In this document: piece by piece, positions 36,817 through 50,110 of the stretch
Position numbering within the stretch: position 1 is the first letter of the stretch
Layout: each line of letters opens with the position of its first letter
Assembly: GCA_965112155.1 (NCBI GenBank)
Contig: OZ218112.1
DNA from: Podarcis liolepis
Taxonomy: Eukaryota
Length of the DNA: 64,000 bases
Direction: 5' to 3' (one strand)
Notes under the pieces: model-generated
What the model was told of the DNA's origin: nothing
The model's database searches: none
What the model saw: the letters and a program-made list of their open reading frames with translations, nothing else
Program-made: the position numbers and the translations under genes

Positions 36817-39800
36817 GTATGTTGGCGAGGACTAACCTATACACGGAAATCTCTAGCATTATTCTGTGCCATCTCACCCACACACCTCTGCAAGGGAATA
36901 CAAAACTCTTGCTCAAGATGAAAAAGATTGCTTCCCTAGACGTTGTCTATGCTTTTGTACAAATTTGATTTATTGTCCTTCTGACATCCATGAAAGATCA
37001 AATATAATGAAATAATCACCACATGCAATGTGCAGAAACGGGTTTTAGGGAGCGGGATAAGAGAATTTTTAATTGAAAGTGAACTGGGGTAATATCCATC
37101 TAAGTCATACTTAAAGAGATTCACTGAAATAAATGGACTTAAAGTGAATGATTTCAATGGGGGCACTCTGAGCATGACTTACGTTAATTGATTTCAATGG
37201 GTCTACTTTGAGTATGGTTTAGTTTGTTATTACCCAAAGCCTTTTAAATGAGATAATCCGGCAAATATTTTTTAAAAAATATTCAACATAACCTTATGCC
37301 TGTTTATAGGAATTAAGTCTTACTCCCATATAGGACAACAGACTGAAACACGCTGTTTTGGTAGCACTGTAATTGAATATATGGCTCATTTAAAAGTAAG
37401 CTTCTCACATTTTCTACACACTTGTATGACTGAAAAACTAAAATGGTCTTGAAGAGGAAAGGTATATTCACATAAAGCTTCACATCTTCTGAGTTCTACA
37501 TGAGAGGGAGGTCTGCAGCATCACACCATGGTTATATGTTCAATTTATAGGGTTTCATGCATTAACACTTCAAATGGAAACAGTAGATGAAAGGTCATCC
37601 TTCACTTTAAAATGCTAGGCATGCTCAGAGGCTGCAGGGATCTAACACACACAACCAGCTTGATCTTTTCATAGGAGTTTCAATAGTAAGCTGGTGAAAT
37701 AAAAATTGTATAAAATATATCTCGGAGCTCCAGGAAAATATTTGTTAGATAATGGACTAGAATAAAGGTGTTGGCGGGGTGTGTGTGTGAGGAGGCAACT
37801 GCCAGATTACTAAACACTCAGTAATTATACTACTATGGACAATGAAGAACAAAATTCTGGTTTTAAAGTGCTGCATTAAAAAGAGAATCCACACAGCTAC
37901 TGTGTGGTTTGACCGCGGCTATTAAGAGACCGTGGAAGTTAATTGCTGCAATACCTGGTGCTCCATAACATAATGCATAATGCCAGGATCCCAAAATGAT
38001 CCAGGCACACTTTTGCAGGCAATCCTTCAAAGAACAATAGTGCTATTAAGGGGGGGGGGTGTTAAGTACTGCAAAACTTAAATGTATTTAGCTTTCAATT
38101 GAATCCTTTGGTTATGAAAACAGTAGCATAAACATATTACTCCTTGCTGATTATGTAAAGTACAGGAAACTCTGATCAGTGATTTGAACATCTAAGAGCT
38201 CAACTGTGATATTATGGCTTTCTGTTAATCAAGCCTCATGGAATGCTGGGGCACGTAAATCTCAAGGGGTTAATCAATGGTTTAAATTATTTCTTCCAAG
38301 TGAAGGATTGTGGTAAAGTATCTCTCTAAAAACAGGCTACTGGAAAGGTCTCTATTGAAATAACTTTCAAATAACTTTCTACATTGCTTTTGAGGCCTCT
38401 TCTTATTATATCCCACCTTCCGTCAAAGGAACTCATGGGTTCCCTTCTCATTCTATCCTCACAAAAACCTTGTGAAGGAGGCCAGGCTGAGAGGCAATAA
38501 CCAGCTGAGTGAGGATTTGAACCCTTATCTCCCCGAACACTCTAACCGCCACACCGACTTTTAAAAATGCTGCTATGTAAGTACCTAGAGTTGCTGTTCT
38601 TAGGTTTCAGCACAGTCCCCCTCTCTGGAAGTTCAGTCTCTGAGACTCAAATCCTACACATGCTGAAGGTTGCAATCTTAACTCCATTTACCTAGGAAGA
38701 CCTCTGAATTAATATGATTTGCTTATGAGTAGACATGATTAGGATTGCACTGTTAGCCACATTTGAAACAGGGTGGAATTTTACTTACAAGCAAACATGC
38801 ACAGAATATTGCTGCATGGCTCCTTGTCAGTGCCCAGCCTACACATACAATAGAACAATTAGATCTGTCTGATATATCTAACCAGACACAACAAAGAAAG
38901 TTACAGATAGGTAGCCGTGTTGGTCTGCAAAGAAAGAAAGAAACAACAAAGAAAGTAAGTCTTCATACAGCACACGGCTAAACTGTGGAATTTGCTCCAA
39001 TAATGTGATGGCCACCAGATCAATAACTATGTTCTACTTCCAGTGTCAGAGACAGTATGTCCCAATACCAGGTGCTGGGATTCACATGTGGTGAGAGTTG
39101 CTGTTGCTTGCTGGCTTCCCATAGGCATCTGATTGGCCACTGTGAGAACAGGATGCTGAATGAGGCAGGCCTTTGGCCTAATGCAGTTTTCTTCTTATAT
39201 TTTGATGTTAACAAAAATAACAAATTCCAGAGGGGTAGCTGTTTTAGTCTGTGGCAACAAAAATAACAAGGAGTCTCGTGGCGCCTTCAAGATAAATAAA
39301 CACTTCCTGTCTCACAATGCAAAACCAGATTGGTAGACAATTCTAACTAAAATTAAACACACCATGCTAGAGCCCTTTAGAACCTAACAAATTAATAATA
39401 TAAGAACTGTCCTGTAAACAGGAACCGATTGAGCTGCCTGGTCCAACATTCTGTCTTCTGCAGTAGCCAACAAGATGTCATGAACATTTCATGAACAGTG
39501 CACAACAAAGCAGTGCTTGTTTGCTTCCAGAAATTGGGACAGCTGATAGAACCTGCCCTAAGGTTATTTGGCAGCAAAGTCCTTATTCAAATGCCCTTTT
39601 TGGATGCTATACTCTCTACCATCAGGAGTATCAGCAGCTCTTCTTTGTACAGAATCCAAGTGGCCAACAATTAAGGCAAGAACACTCAGTTAAAGCATAT
39701 TTTAAAAATTGTTACTATTGAGCATTTTTCCTCCACTGTGCTATACGGAATTAGGTGATAACTAACTCTGGAAAGCAGCTTGTCAATTTTTTTAGATTAT

Positions 39801-42248
39801 TATTATTTTCCAGAGCTGAGCTCTGCTTTGACCTTGAGAAAGAGATTGGATCTTCTGGAAAGAATCCAAATGGAACCTACAACCAATTAGAAACACAATT
39901 CCCCCCCCCCCTTGGTATATACTCTTGAGAACAGAACCTTTTAGAGCTAGTTATCTGACCCAATTCTCACCAGTTTCCTTATAAAATGTCTTTACTGAGC
40001 TAAGTTTCTAAGTGCTGCCCGCTGCAGTCTTAGATAGCCACTACAACAAGGTAGACACATGCAGACAGACTTTGTGTTTGTGGTCAACATCAAGTCATCT
40101 GTTAGCCTGTTAGCAGTCAGAGCTTTCAGATTTATTTGTCAAATATGACAAAACCAATATGATGCATGCCTTGTAAATTTTTGACTTTCTGTCAAGCATA
40201 TACTGCTACAAAGACTTGGTAGTTAACATAGCAGATGGCCAAACTTCTCCTATTTGGTTCAATTGCTTTATATAGTGTATTTAGCACCAACAGTGGCAGA
40301 TGCTCCCCTGTGAAAAGAGAAGTATTGGGTCAGAGGTTGTCAAACTGCTTTCAAGGGTATTGTGGGCTTTCAAGAAGTTTATCAGGGGTTCCTTGATGAG
40401 TGTTAACACTGGCTAGCTTTCTCTGCAAGACAGTTTGACCAGAAGCTGAGCACTTCTTTTGGAGTATGTTTGCCCAGAGAGAACAGACCTGCCTTTAAAT
40501 AATAAATATCCCCTTCAAATGCAGAGAGCCTATTGTTTTGGTTTGTACCAGTTGGACCTCCACCCTTTTGCCATCACATTTCATTACTGGTGCCACCTTC
40601 TCATGCCACAATGGAGAAGGCACTGTGGAGTTCAGGTCCTGCTTGCAGGCTTCCCATGGGTATCTAGTTGGCCACTGTAAGAACAGGATGCTGGACTAGA
40701 TGGGCCATTGGCCTGATCCAGCAGGACACTTCCTACACTCTCGTGCTCACTTCACTCCAGATCTTCCTCTGCTGCTGCTGTATGAGGTTTATGGGTTTTT
40801 TCAAGGTACGTACAGCCTCATGGTGAGGAGAAACTTGGTCCGTGCCATGTGCTGTGTCTGTGTCTTTTCCCTGGGATCTGCTTTGTTTTCTACCAGAATC
40901 TTAAAGTTCACCAAACAGAGTCAGGTGCAAAATAGTGCATAAAGAGGCCCAGTTTAGGTGTAACAATCACAGTCCAAAAAACCAGGGTTCCATGGATATT
41001 AGGTCAAGAGCTAGCATTGTGTATATATGTGTGTGTGCTTCCTATTGCCCTTCCCTCCCTCCTTTGTTTTCTTGCAGGCCTTACTGCAATATTTCCAGGG
41101 ATTGTTAATCCATTATCGGTTTCAGGAAATCCAATTTTTAAGAGAAGGGACTTCTCTTGTTACTACTGCTAAACAATAAACAATAAAGGGATTTTGTTTG
41201 TTTGTTTACAATCAAGTAGTACTGTGTATAAATTGTGTTAAATAATTTAAAAAAGACTGTAAATCACTGAAAGGTCTGTTAGTAGATACCAAACCTCCTC
41301 TCTGCATACAAACACAACCCCACTCAAGAATTTTCTGCAATAGGCGGAAAGGTAAATGTAGAGTGAGTTTCCTGAAAGTGGAAAGTTTAAAAGCACATTT
41401 ATACCACTTTAGCACTCATTGCTTTCCCCAAAGAATCCTGGGAGCTGCAGTTTACCACTCATAGAGCTATAATTCCCAAAACGCTCTTAGCAAATTATAG
41501 GGGGTGATGTGATTGGTGTAAATAGATGACTACTGACTTTTTATAATAAATTTCTATTAGTTTTCAATTACAGTACAGTCCAATAATAGCCTCATTATAA
41601 CAATACCAATTTATAATACAATTATTAATAACAATCATTCAAATACCGAATTATACAATTTAAAGTGGGGCCCCTCATAACAATCTACCCCCAAACGTTT
41701 TTCAGATTGGCCCATCTAGATTAGTATTTCCTCTACAGTGACTGATAGCAACCCTCAAGGGTTTCAGAGAGGAGTATTTCCCAGTCCTACCTGGAATTGA
41801 ACCTGGAACACTTGGCATGCAAAGCAGATGCTCTGAGACTTGGCTGTAAGTCTCTGTTTATTTTTGTTGTGCAGTCACTATTAATATTGTGAACTGATAG
41901 GTCCTTGTTTCAAATCTTGCCTCCTCAGCCGTGAATTCACTAGGGAAACCACCATCTCTCTTCTTGAAAATGAGGATGCTTTTAATACTGACCTACCTTG
42001 TGTGGTTGTTGTACATATTAAAGAGACAATGTACAATATGTGAGGCAACATGAACACTCTAAAATGCTACATAAATGCTAAGTATAGATACAATAGATGC
42101 CTATTGTATATATTCTCCTACCATTCTTTTTCAGAACAATTCAAATCCAGAGCTGCAACATGGAAACAGGAGAGTCAAGGCAAGATACATAAAAGACAAA
42201 TATTGGTCAGCCTACCCCCCACGCCCTGTCAATATATATAAATATATA

Positions 42249-42607
42249 GTAAAGGTACCCCTGCCCGTACGGGCCAGTCGTGTCCAACTCAGGGGTTGCG
42301 CGCCCATCTCGCTTAAGAGGCCGGGGGCCAGCGCTGTCTGCAGACACTTCCGGATCACGTGGCCAGCATGACAAATCTGCTCTGGCGAACCAGCACCAGC
42401 GCAGCACACGGAAACGCCATTTACCTTCCCGCTATAAAGCGGTACCTATTTATCTACTTGCACTTAAGAGTGCTTTCGAACTGCTAGGTGGGCAGGAGCA
42501 AGGGGCGAGCAACAGGAGCTCACCCTGTCGCGGGGATTTGCACTGCCAACCATACGATCTGCAAGTCCTAGGCGCTGAGGTTTTACCCACAGCGCCACCC
42601 GCGTCCC
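42249..42607 (-). mobile_element. Full-length Sauria SINE (distinct subfamily) in cdx4 intron 1
   Basis: GTAAAGGTACCC tail through CAGCGCCACCCGCGTCCC head, inserted in a TA-rich tract. Confidence 0.9.
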
Positions 42608-43952
42608 ATGTATATATATATATATTTGCCTTAAAGACCTACATGAGACTGAGTGATAAAAAAAAGTAATATTAATTTAAGACACAGCCTGAGAAAATGT
42701 GGGAGAGGAATCTGCAAAATAAATTTACGATTTTATAATATGTTTTAAGATAAATTTTCCAGTGCTGCATACCAATTGTAGAACAAATTTTAAGAACCAC
42801 AGTTATAAAAAAAATCAGTCAAGAAGCAGAACAACTTAAGAATCACTATATGCAATCAGGTCTACGGACAGATTAAAAGGTAGATTAGGGATGTAATCCT
42901 AAAGCGGGCCTGAGAACATGTAATTTAAGGAAAATGATACTTTGCTTTGGTTTGCATCCTTCCCATAACTCTCCGGGTTGATGATTTGATTTTGGTGGTT
43001 GTGTATTATTAGCTGTAAGAAAAATAAAAGGAAACTGTCAGTCGTAATATGTGAAACTCAATTTTTAAAAAACAAAACGCTTTTGTGCTCAGAGTAGACC
43101 CACTGAAATTAATAAAACCAAGTTATTCATCGTCACTTATTTCAATGGATCTACACTGTAAAAGTAAGTTGAATACAACCCTTATAGTACAGAAGGGGTG
43201 GTGCAAAGGTGGAGGAGAGAACTACTGAAGATTATTCATCCACCTTATCCAATGCCCTCCTGCACACCACCTGGTACGATGGGCCACAGCTGCGCTCTTG
43301 TCCTTTAATTTTTTTAAATAGCCAATATAGAGCCAGTGTGGTTAAAGACGAGGAGCTGGAAGACCTGAGTTTAAACCCCAACTCAGCCATGAAACTCACT
43401 GGGTGACCTTGGGGCAATCAGTCTCTACTGCACTACCCCACAGGAGTGTTGTGAGGCTAAAATGGGGAAGGTACAGCAGCTTGAGATCATTGGAGGAAAA
43501 GTAGAATATAAATGTAAGAATAAATGTAGAATAAATACATCTTTTGTCCTGCTGGAAACAGTGGGAAGGAAATAAAATCTAGGGCTAACGTAGTTACCTA
43601 GAGGCATTAACTGGAGTGGGAAGCTGTTGGATCTGAGCTTTTGCTTGGTCCATCCCAGCACTCCTCTAATATTGGGAGGGCAAGTTTGGGTTCATGTTTG
43701 GGTTCCCTTACACCAGCTCTCCCTGTCTGGGGCGGAATCTCTTTCTCCGTTGGGAGAGAGAACTGGTGCTTCCTATAGCCTTTGGGGCACCCTCCCAGGA
43801 GCTACATAATTGTAAACCTGAGACCATTGAAAATGTCTGGGTAAATAAAAGTCTTTGCCTGATAAGGAAAAGGCAGTGTTTTGGTGAGAAAACTGCAGAG
43901 AGAGTGTGCTAACACCAAAATGTCACTCTACCTGGTCTCTATCTGCTTCATC

Positions 43953-44314
43953 CAGGGCCGGATTTAGGTTTGATGAGGCCCTAAGCTACTGAAGGTAATG
44001 GGGCCCTTTATATGTCCAGCTGTCCTTTGTCAACAACAAATTGTCACTGCTTTTTGTGTTGAATATATGCTATATGGTAATTTAGGGACCTAATAGGTAT
44101 CTAACCAGTGATATTTTAGGGAGCAGTCTAGCAGGCGGGGCCCATTACTTACATCATAGGAGCCTGCACAACACAAAACACTTGTTGCTGTATGTAGGTT
44201 TTATTTTAATTGTTTTTTATCTTATATTTTGGAAATGTAAAATTTGGGGGGGGGTCCCATGAGAATGGGGCCCTAAGCTTTAGCTTGTTTAGCTTATACG
44301 TAAATCGGGCACTG
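43953..44314. mobile_element. hAT non-autonomous element, same family as 30678-31075, inverted
   Basis: TIRs; TSD GCTTCATC / GCCTCATC. Confidence 0.9.
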
Positions 44315-44590
44315 GCCTCATCTCTTAAGATTTATCTTAACCTGTCAGCAGACACATGTGGATGTAGGCAGCCTCAGAGATATTCTATTGTTTTATTACC
44401 AATTTAATTTATTAATAGCTTCTTATGCAATACATAAAAGCAATTTCACAATACAATGAAAACAAATTTCAGCTAAAACAACTGCACATATAAAAATTGT
44501 TAAAACAATAGTGCTTTAAAGATTAAAACCAACAGCACAATGAATTGTGCTCAGAAACAGACAATAAGTTAAGCTCCAAAATTGGCAATA

Positions 44591-44822
44591 CAGTGGTACC
44601 TCGGGTTACAAACACCTTGGGTTACAAACAGTTCAGGTTACAGTCTCTGCTAACCCAGAAGTTAGCATCGGGTTAAGAACTTTACCTCAGAATGAGAACA
44701 GAAATTGCGTGGTGGCAGCAGCAGGAGGCCCCGTTAGCTAAAGTGGTACCTCAGGTTAAGAATGGTTCAGGTTAAGAATGGACCTCTGGAATGAATTAAG
44801 TTTGTAACCAGAGGTACCACTG
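44591..44822. mobile_element. Tc1/mariner (Tigger-like) MITE, same family
   Basis: CAGTGGTACCTC TIRs with TA TSD. Confidence 0.9.
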
Positions 44823-47800
44823 TATATATTGCTGCCCAGCAATATAGTACTCTATTTTTTGGGGGGAACAGCTACATTTCCCAAGTAGTCTTCAGTGCCA
44901 GCCTCATGCACAGCCCATTGCAGTAGTCTAATTTGGAGAAAAGGGCATGAAAGCAGAAAGTATAAGGAGATGGTGCCCACCTCCATACACTTCCATTTAT
45001 CAACAAGCTAAGAGTGCAATTCTCCATGAAGACCTCATATTATGTTAGCTCTTCTTCCACAGCTGCTGTTCATTTTAAGGGAGCTTGCTCAGAAGAATCT
45101 GCCACAGGATTGTGTCCTATATCAGTTATTTAATACCATGAAGGTACATGGCACCTCACAGAATAGCATAAGCAAATGACAGTAAAACCCTTTAAAACTT
45201 TGACTGTGGAGGGATAAATAAGGGATGGGTAAGAGAGACTCATATACCAAGCAGTGAATGAGAGTCAAACATTATAAAGCTTTGTTTCAAGGAAATGAGG
45301 ACTAAGATAGGCCTTTGGCCCTCCAGACAGTGCTGGAATTCCAACCCCCATCAACCCCAGCCAGCATGGCCAATGGTGATGGGAGTGATGAGATGGTGAT
45401 GGGAGCTGGAGGCCCACAATTTCCCTATCCTTGAATTAAGTGGTTAAAACAATGGACTGTATTCAAATATGTTTTATTCAAAGTATAACCATTAAAATTA
45501 ATGGATGTACCTAGTTTAAGCCCATTAATTTCAGTGGGTCTGCTCTAAGTAGGACTTACTTGAATACAACCCAAAATAAGGCTAGATTTGCGTATCCCCC
45601 ACTTCTATAATAAGTTTAACAATTACATCAGTCACTATGCTAACAGTTGAGCTTCAGATCTCGTTCACATTTTTGCCCAGGACCATTTCTTTGTTGCTTT
45701 GAAGTAGATTTAATGTGTATAATTAGAACTGTGTCCCCATCACACAAACGAGAATATCAACATGGCCTCTTTTTTATCACCCTGCAGAAGTCACAGACAT
45801 AGACTAATTCATGTGACAAAGAGGATGTTAATGATGTAAAACAGGAGCAACTCTCAAGCAAGGAGGACAGGGTGAGCCAGAGGCAGTTTTCATGCTAATT
45901 TATTTTGCTTTGTAAACTAGCTGTGAGGTCTGAGCATCCCCCACCCCGCCATGTCTTGCCCCTTCCATCCATTGTCTTCAGTTCAGAGGCCTCTCTGCCA
46001 TGTCAAGCAACAGACCCTCTTTTGACACCTCTTCCAGCTTTGATGTGCATCCCTGTCTCTTCCTTCTCTTCCTTTTATTTAGCAGTTATACTGCCGGAAA
46101 GAGTGACAATTTTCACAGCAAATAAAGAGGCCCGATCTTTGCTTTTATTGTGTTCAAAAGAAACACTCTGTGAATTTTATGGCCAATAGGAAAACTTCCC
46201 CCACCCCCTTCCCATCCCACACAATACTCAGGCTGAGTCACAGACTGGTAGAATAACAGGAGTATCCTAATACAGGTCAAACATCAGGTGAGTAGTTTCG
46301 TGGCATTTAGAACAGCCTGATTTCCACAAAAGATTACAAATGAACACTTAAATGGCTCTGCCCTCACATTTGCACATTGTAATAATTAATTTTGAAACAA
46401 GATACAACAAAAACTTTTCTCACCTGTTTTTTTAAAAAGGGGCTAGAGCCCAAGAAACCACTGGGAATCACTATATTCCCCCGCCACGTGCCCCAAACAC
46501 ACACATACAGCAATGAATGGGACAATGTTCCAATTGTTTTCTTTAAAAACGCAAAATACAATTCAGCCCAAATAAAGCACATTTAAGTCCTGTTTATTTC
46601 AATGGAATACATATTGACTTTTCTGGGGCCGGTTGTACAAACTGTACAAGCAAAACAAAGTCTGAAAATTAGGTAACTGTGGCAAATTGCAACAAGTTGT
46701 TTTGTACATACAATTCCTTGCTTATTTAAAAGCAGGTAGAGTTTGAATGTTTCCCTCAAGAAGAATAACTTTACGCATGATCTGAGACAATACCAAGATC
46801 CACAGGCAGAATCCACACAGAGCTTGAGGACATGTTTAACTTTCTCATAGCAAACAGATCAAATGTGCTTCATTTTGGCTAGATAGTACCCTATTTGCCT
46901 TATGATATTGAGTAAGTAAAGCAGTGGTACTAATTGTAAAGAACTAGGGAAAGCATGAATGGTGAACCTTTTACAGAGTCACATTCTCTTCTTGCAGGGC
47001 TGGTTTTGTTGTGACAGTGGTGAGTGGGGCCTCAGATAAAAGTAGACAGAGGAACAAATGTAAATTGTGCCTTTGAACCATAGGCTTGTTTCTACATACA
47101 CCCACACACCCCTCTCTATTTTTCAGTTTGGCAGTCAAGAGGCATTATCAGAGATCAAGGACACCTTCCAGACAGGGTATGGAGCAGGGCTGCTGAGGGT
47201 TGTGGCTTAGGAAGTCCTGAGGGCAGCCTGAGGAGAGTCTTGAGGGCCAGTATTAAAAGGGTTTGTAGAATGATTAAACAATTTAGGACTAGTTCAAATA
47301 GTGCATCCCACTCAAGCCTTTATAGACACCTATAAAAATGTAATGGAGACATTGCTATTCTCATTGGAGCACTGAGTACATCTATAATTACCAGGTTTAA
47401 CTGCTAATTTTTCCACACTGTGTTAGAGGGCCTTTTCAACAGAAGCACCAAAGTGGGGATCACCCTCTGAGGTATAACTTGTACCGACTTTGTACAGCTT
47501 TTGTCAACAGGTCAAGATGCACTTCCTTGCCTAGGCTTTTGGAGAGGTGAGGTGGGGTGACAATCCGCTCTTTCTGCTGCTTCAATGTGCTGTTGCTTTT
47601 ACGTATCCCATCATGGGGGCCCTTGGATGAAGAGTGGGCAATAAAAGTGATACAGTCACCTGCTCTGCTCCTGGATCTGATTGGTTCAGTGGAGGGGCAG
47701 GAAGTGCTTCTTGCACCCCCACCCTCCACCCAAACCAATCAGATCCAGGAGCAGAGGAGTAACTACTCTTTTTCAAAAGGCAAGACAGAAATAACCTATA

Positions 47801-48021
47801 TAACAGTTTGCTAAGAACTATAACATGAAGAGCCCATGCTTGAGCTTGTTTTTCCCTTTCCCTGCCCGTTCATTTTCCCTAGTGTGTCAATGTCTTGAGC
47901 CTAAGGACAGGAACTGTATTAGTACTGAGCTTGGTAAGTTGCCCTGGGAGATTCCCCCACCCCCCAAAAGGGCAGGGTATAAATGCAACAAACAAACAAA
48001 CAAAGTTGAGAAAGAAATATT

Positions 48022-48160
48022 TAGTCAGAGAATTGTAGAGATGGAAGGGACCCTGAGGATCATCTAGTCCAATCCCCTACAATGTAGGAATATGCAGCTG
48101 TCCCATATGGGGATCGAACCTTCAACCTTGGCATTATCAGCTATAACCCACTAAGCTATC
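48022..48160 (-). mobile_element. SINE with tRNA head and CR1-derived tail
   Basis: gggatcgaacc B-box complement joined to the CR1 3' end (ggaagggacc...catctagtcca). Confidence 0.65.
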
Positions 48161-48227
48161 CATGAAATTGTTTATTTTCAGTTAATAAAAATTAAATCCT
48201 CTTGATAGTAAGAAAACCGATTTACAA

Positions 48228-48229
48228 AA

Positions 48230-48286
<57 letters not shown>
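48228..48286. repeat. (TACA)n/(TA)n microsatellite
   Basis: Directly visible. Confidence 0.95.
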
Positions 48287-48288
<2 letters not shown>

Positions 48289-48329
48289 TTTAAAGCAGGT
48301 GTTGGAAAACATTCAAATGTTTATTAAAA

Positions 48330-49095
48330 TCAACAAAAGCTAAAAATAAATGAAACACATGTAACTTCTACATTTCTAGATAGGCTTTCCCAAACAAAAA
48401 TGTATTTGACTGACACCAAAAAGAGAACAGTGAACTGGTCCCGAGCTATTAAGCGACTACTGTAATTGTAACCCCTTGAAACTGGCCCGGTTTCAAATGG
48501 GAAACCAGTGCAGATCTGAAGAGAAGTGTATGCAGACAGGATCTAACTCCTGTAAGCAACCATGCTGGAGAATTCTTCACAAACTGTAGCTTCTGGATCA
48601 GGTTCCAGGGAAGCCCCACAAAGAGTGCACTGCAGTAATCCAACTTTGAAGTCACCAGTGCTGGAACTATTGTGGTCAAGCTCTGCAGGTTGAGGAATGG
48701 CTGTAGCTGTCACCCCATTCACAGTTGGTAAAAGGTGCTTCTAGCCACTAAGGCTATTGGAGCCTCCAGTGACTTGCACTGGATCCAGAAGCATTTGCTA
48801 CACTGTGTACCTGCTTCTTCAAGGGGAGAATAACCATGTCAAGGAACGCAACAATAGCCCATATTCTCAGCCACAGGAACCACTCACCCAGTGCCTCCAT
48901 CTTGCCAGGATTCAAGCTTAGCTTATCTCACCTCATCCCAACACCAGTCCAAAGCCTACATGACATCTCCTACTTCAGATGTTATGGAGAAATAGAGCTG
49001 AGTGTCATCAACGTACTGATGGCACCTTAACACAAAACTCCAAATGGCTGGCCACAGTAGCTTCATATAGATATTAAATCACACAGGGGATAGAA
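48330..49095 (-). mobile_element. Old L2-like LINE fragment in cdx4 intron 1
   Basis: ALVTSKLDYCSAL remnant and a QYVDDTQLY-like reverse-strand motif near 48990-49020. Confidence 0.8.
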
Positions 49096-49336
49096 TGCTA
49101 TTCTTTATGTAGAATATTGTGGAATGCTCTCCACAAGAAGGATTGCCTGCCACATTTGTTACAAATCCTTAGGCGCCAGGGAAAACATTCCTCTTCTCCC
49201 CAACCTTTGGCTAGTTAAACAATCTATGGCCTTTTCAACTGTGTGTTGGTGGTGGTGGGATCATTGTTTTTGTTTGTTACTATCTTATGTATTTGTTGTG
49301 TTTTTATATTGTTAACCGCCTTGTGATCCTCAGGTG

Positions 49337-49478
49337 NNNNNNNNNNNNNNNNNNNNNNNNNNNNNNNNNNNNNNNNNNNNNNNNNNNNNNNNNNNNNNNN
49401 NNNNNNNNNNNNNNNNNNNNNNNNNNNNNNNNNNNNNNNNNNNNNNNNNNNNNNNNNNNNNNNNNNNNNNNNNNNNNN
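49337..49478. other. Assembly gap (142 N) in cdx4 intron 1
   Basis: Run of N. Confidence 1.
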
Positions 49479-49964
49479 CAGTGCCCTGCAGCACCTAGCG
49501 TAACTGCCAGGAAGCCAGAAAGCACTCTACCACTACTATTTGTCCCCTTAGGTAGGATTCGAACCCCTGGGACACAGGGCCCTCAATTCCCATTCTGAGT
49601 CAGTCCAGAAGGATACCATCATCAGTGGTACTGAAAGTCACAGAGAAATCAAGAAGCACAGTCACACCCCCTTTATTTCTCTCTCTGTATAGTTCATTAT
49701 TAGGACAACATACATAGAATGGTAGAGCTGGAAGGGACCCAAAGGGTCATCTAGTCCAACCCCCTGCAATGCAGGAATGTATACACATACAAACTACTAC
49801 TGTCAAGAAAGCGAGAGTATGCAGGAGTGTGTATCCTGGCACTCTCCAGAATATATGTATACATCTGTATTTCAGTCAATCAAGACACAAACATGAGACA
49901 CGCCAAATTTTCTGGTTTAGAAATACCTATGCGTATTTTGTTTTTGTTTTTTTTTTCTGAACAG

Positions 49965-50110
49965 GTAAAACAAGAACAAGAGAGAAGTACCGTGTTGTTT
50001 ACACAGATCATCAGCGATTAGAACTAGAGAAGGAATTTCATTACAATAGATATATTACAATCAGGAGAAAGTCTGAACTTGCTGCAAACCTGAGACTTTC
50101 AGAGAGACAG
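49965..50110 (+). CDS. cdx4: cdx4 exon 2 (homeodomain, N-terminal part)
   Basis: Polypyrimidine tract and acAG acceptor at 49964. The 146 bp exon reads (G)[48 protein letters not shown], with donor gtagag at 50111. Phase matches exon 1. EKY, YNRY and KSELA..L.LSERQ are Cdx4-type residues. Confidence 0.97.

Noticed and set aside
36817-36968. C-terminal extension of the 205-aa ORF (MLARTNLY...)
   Set aside because: Read-through into intron 1 past the phase-1 donor at 36817
41055-41080. Strong-looking splice acceptor (cctttgttttcttgcag) in cdx4 intron 1
   Set aside because: No convincing downstream coding frame or donor; cannot be supported without RNA data
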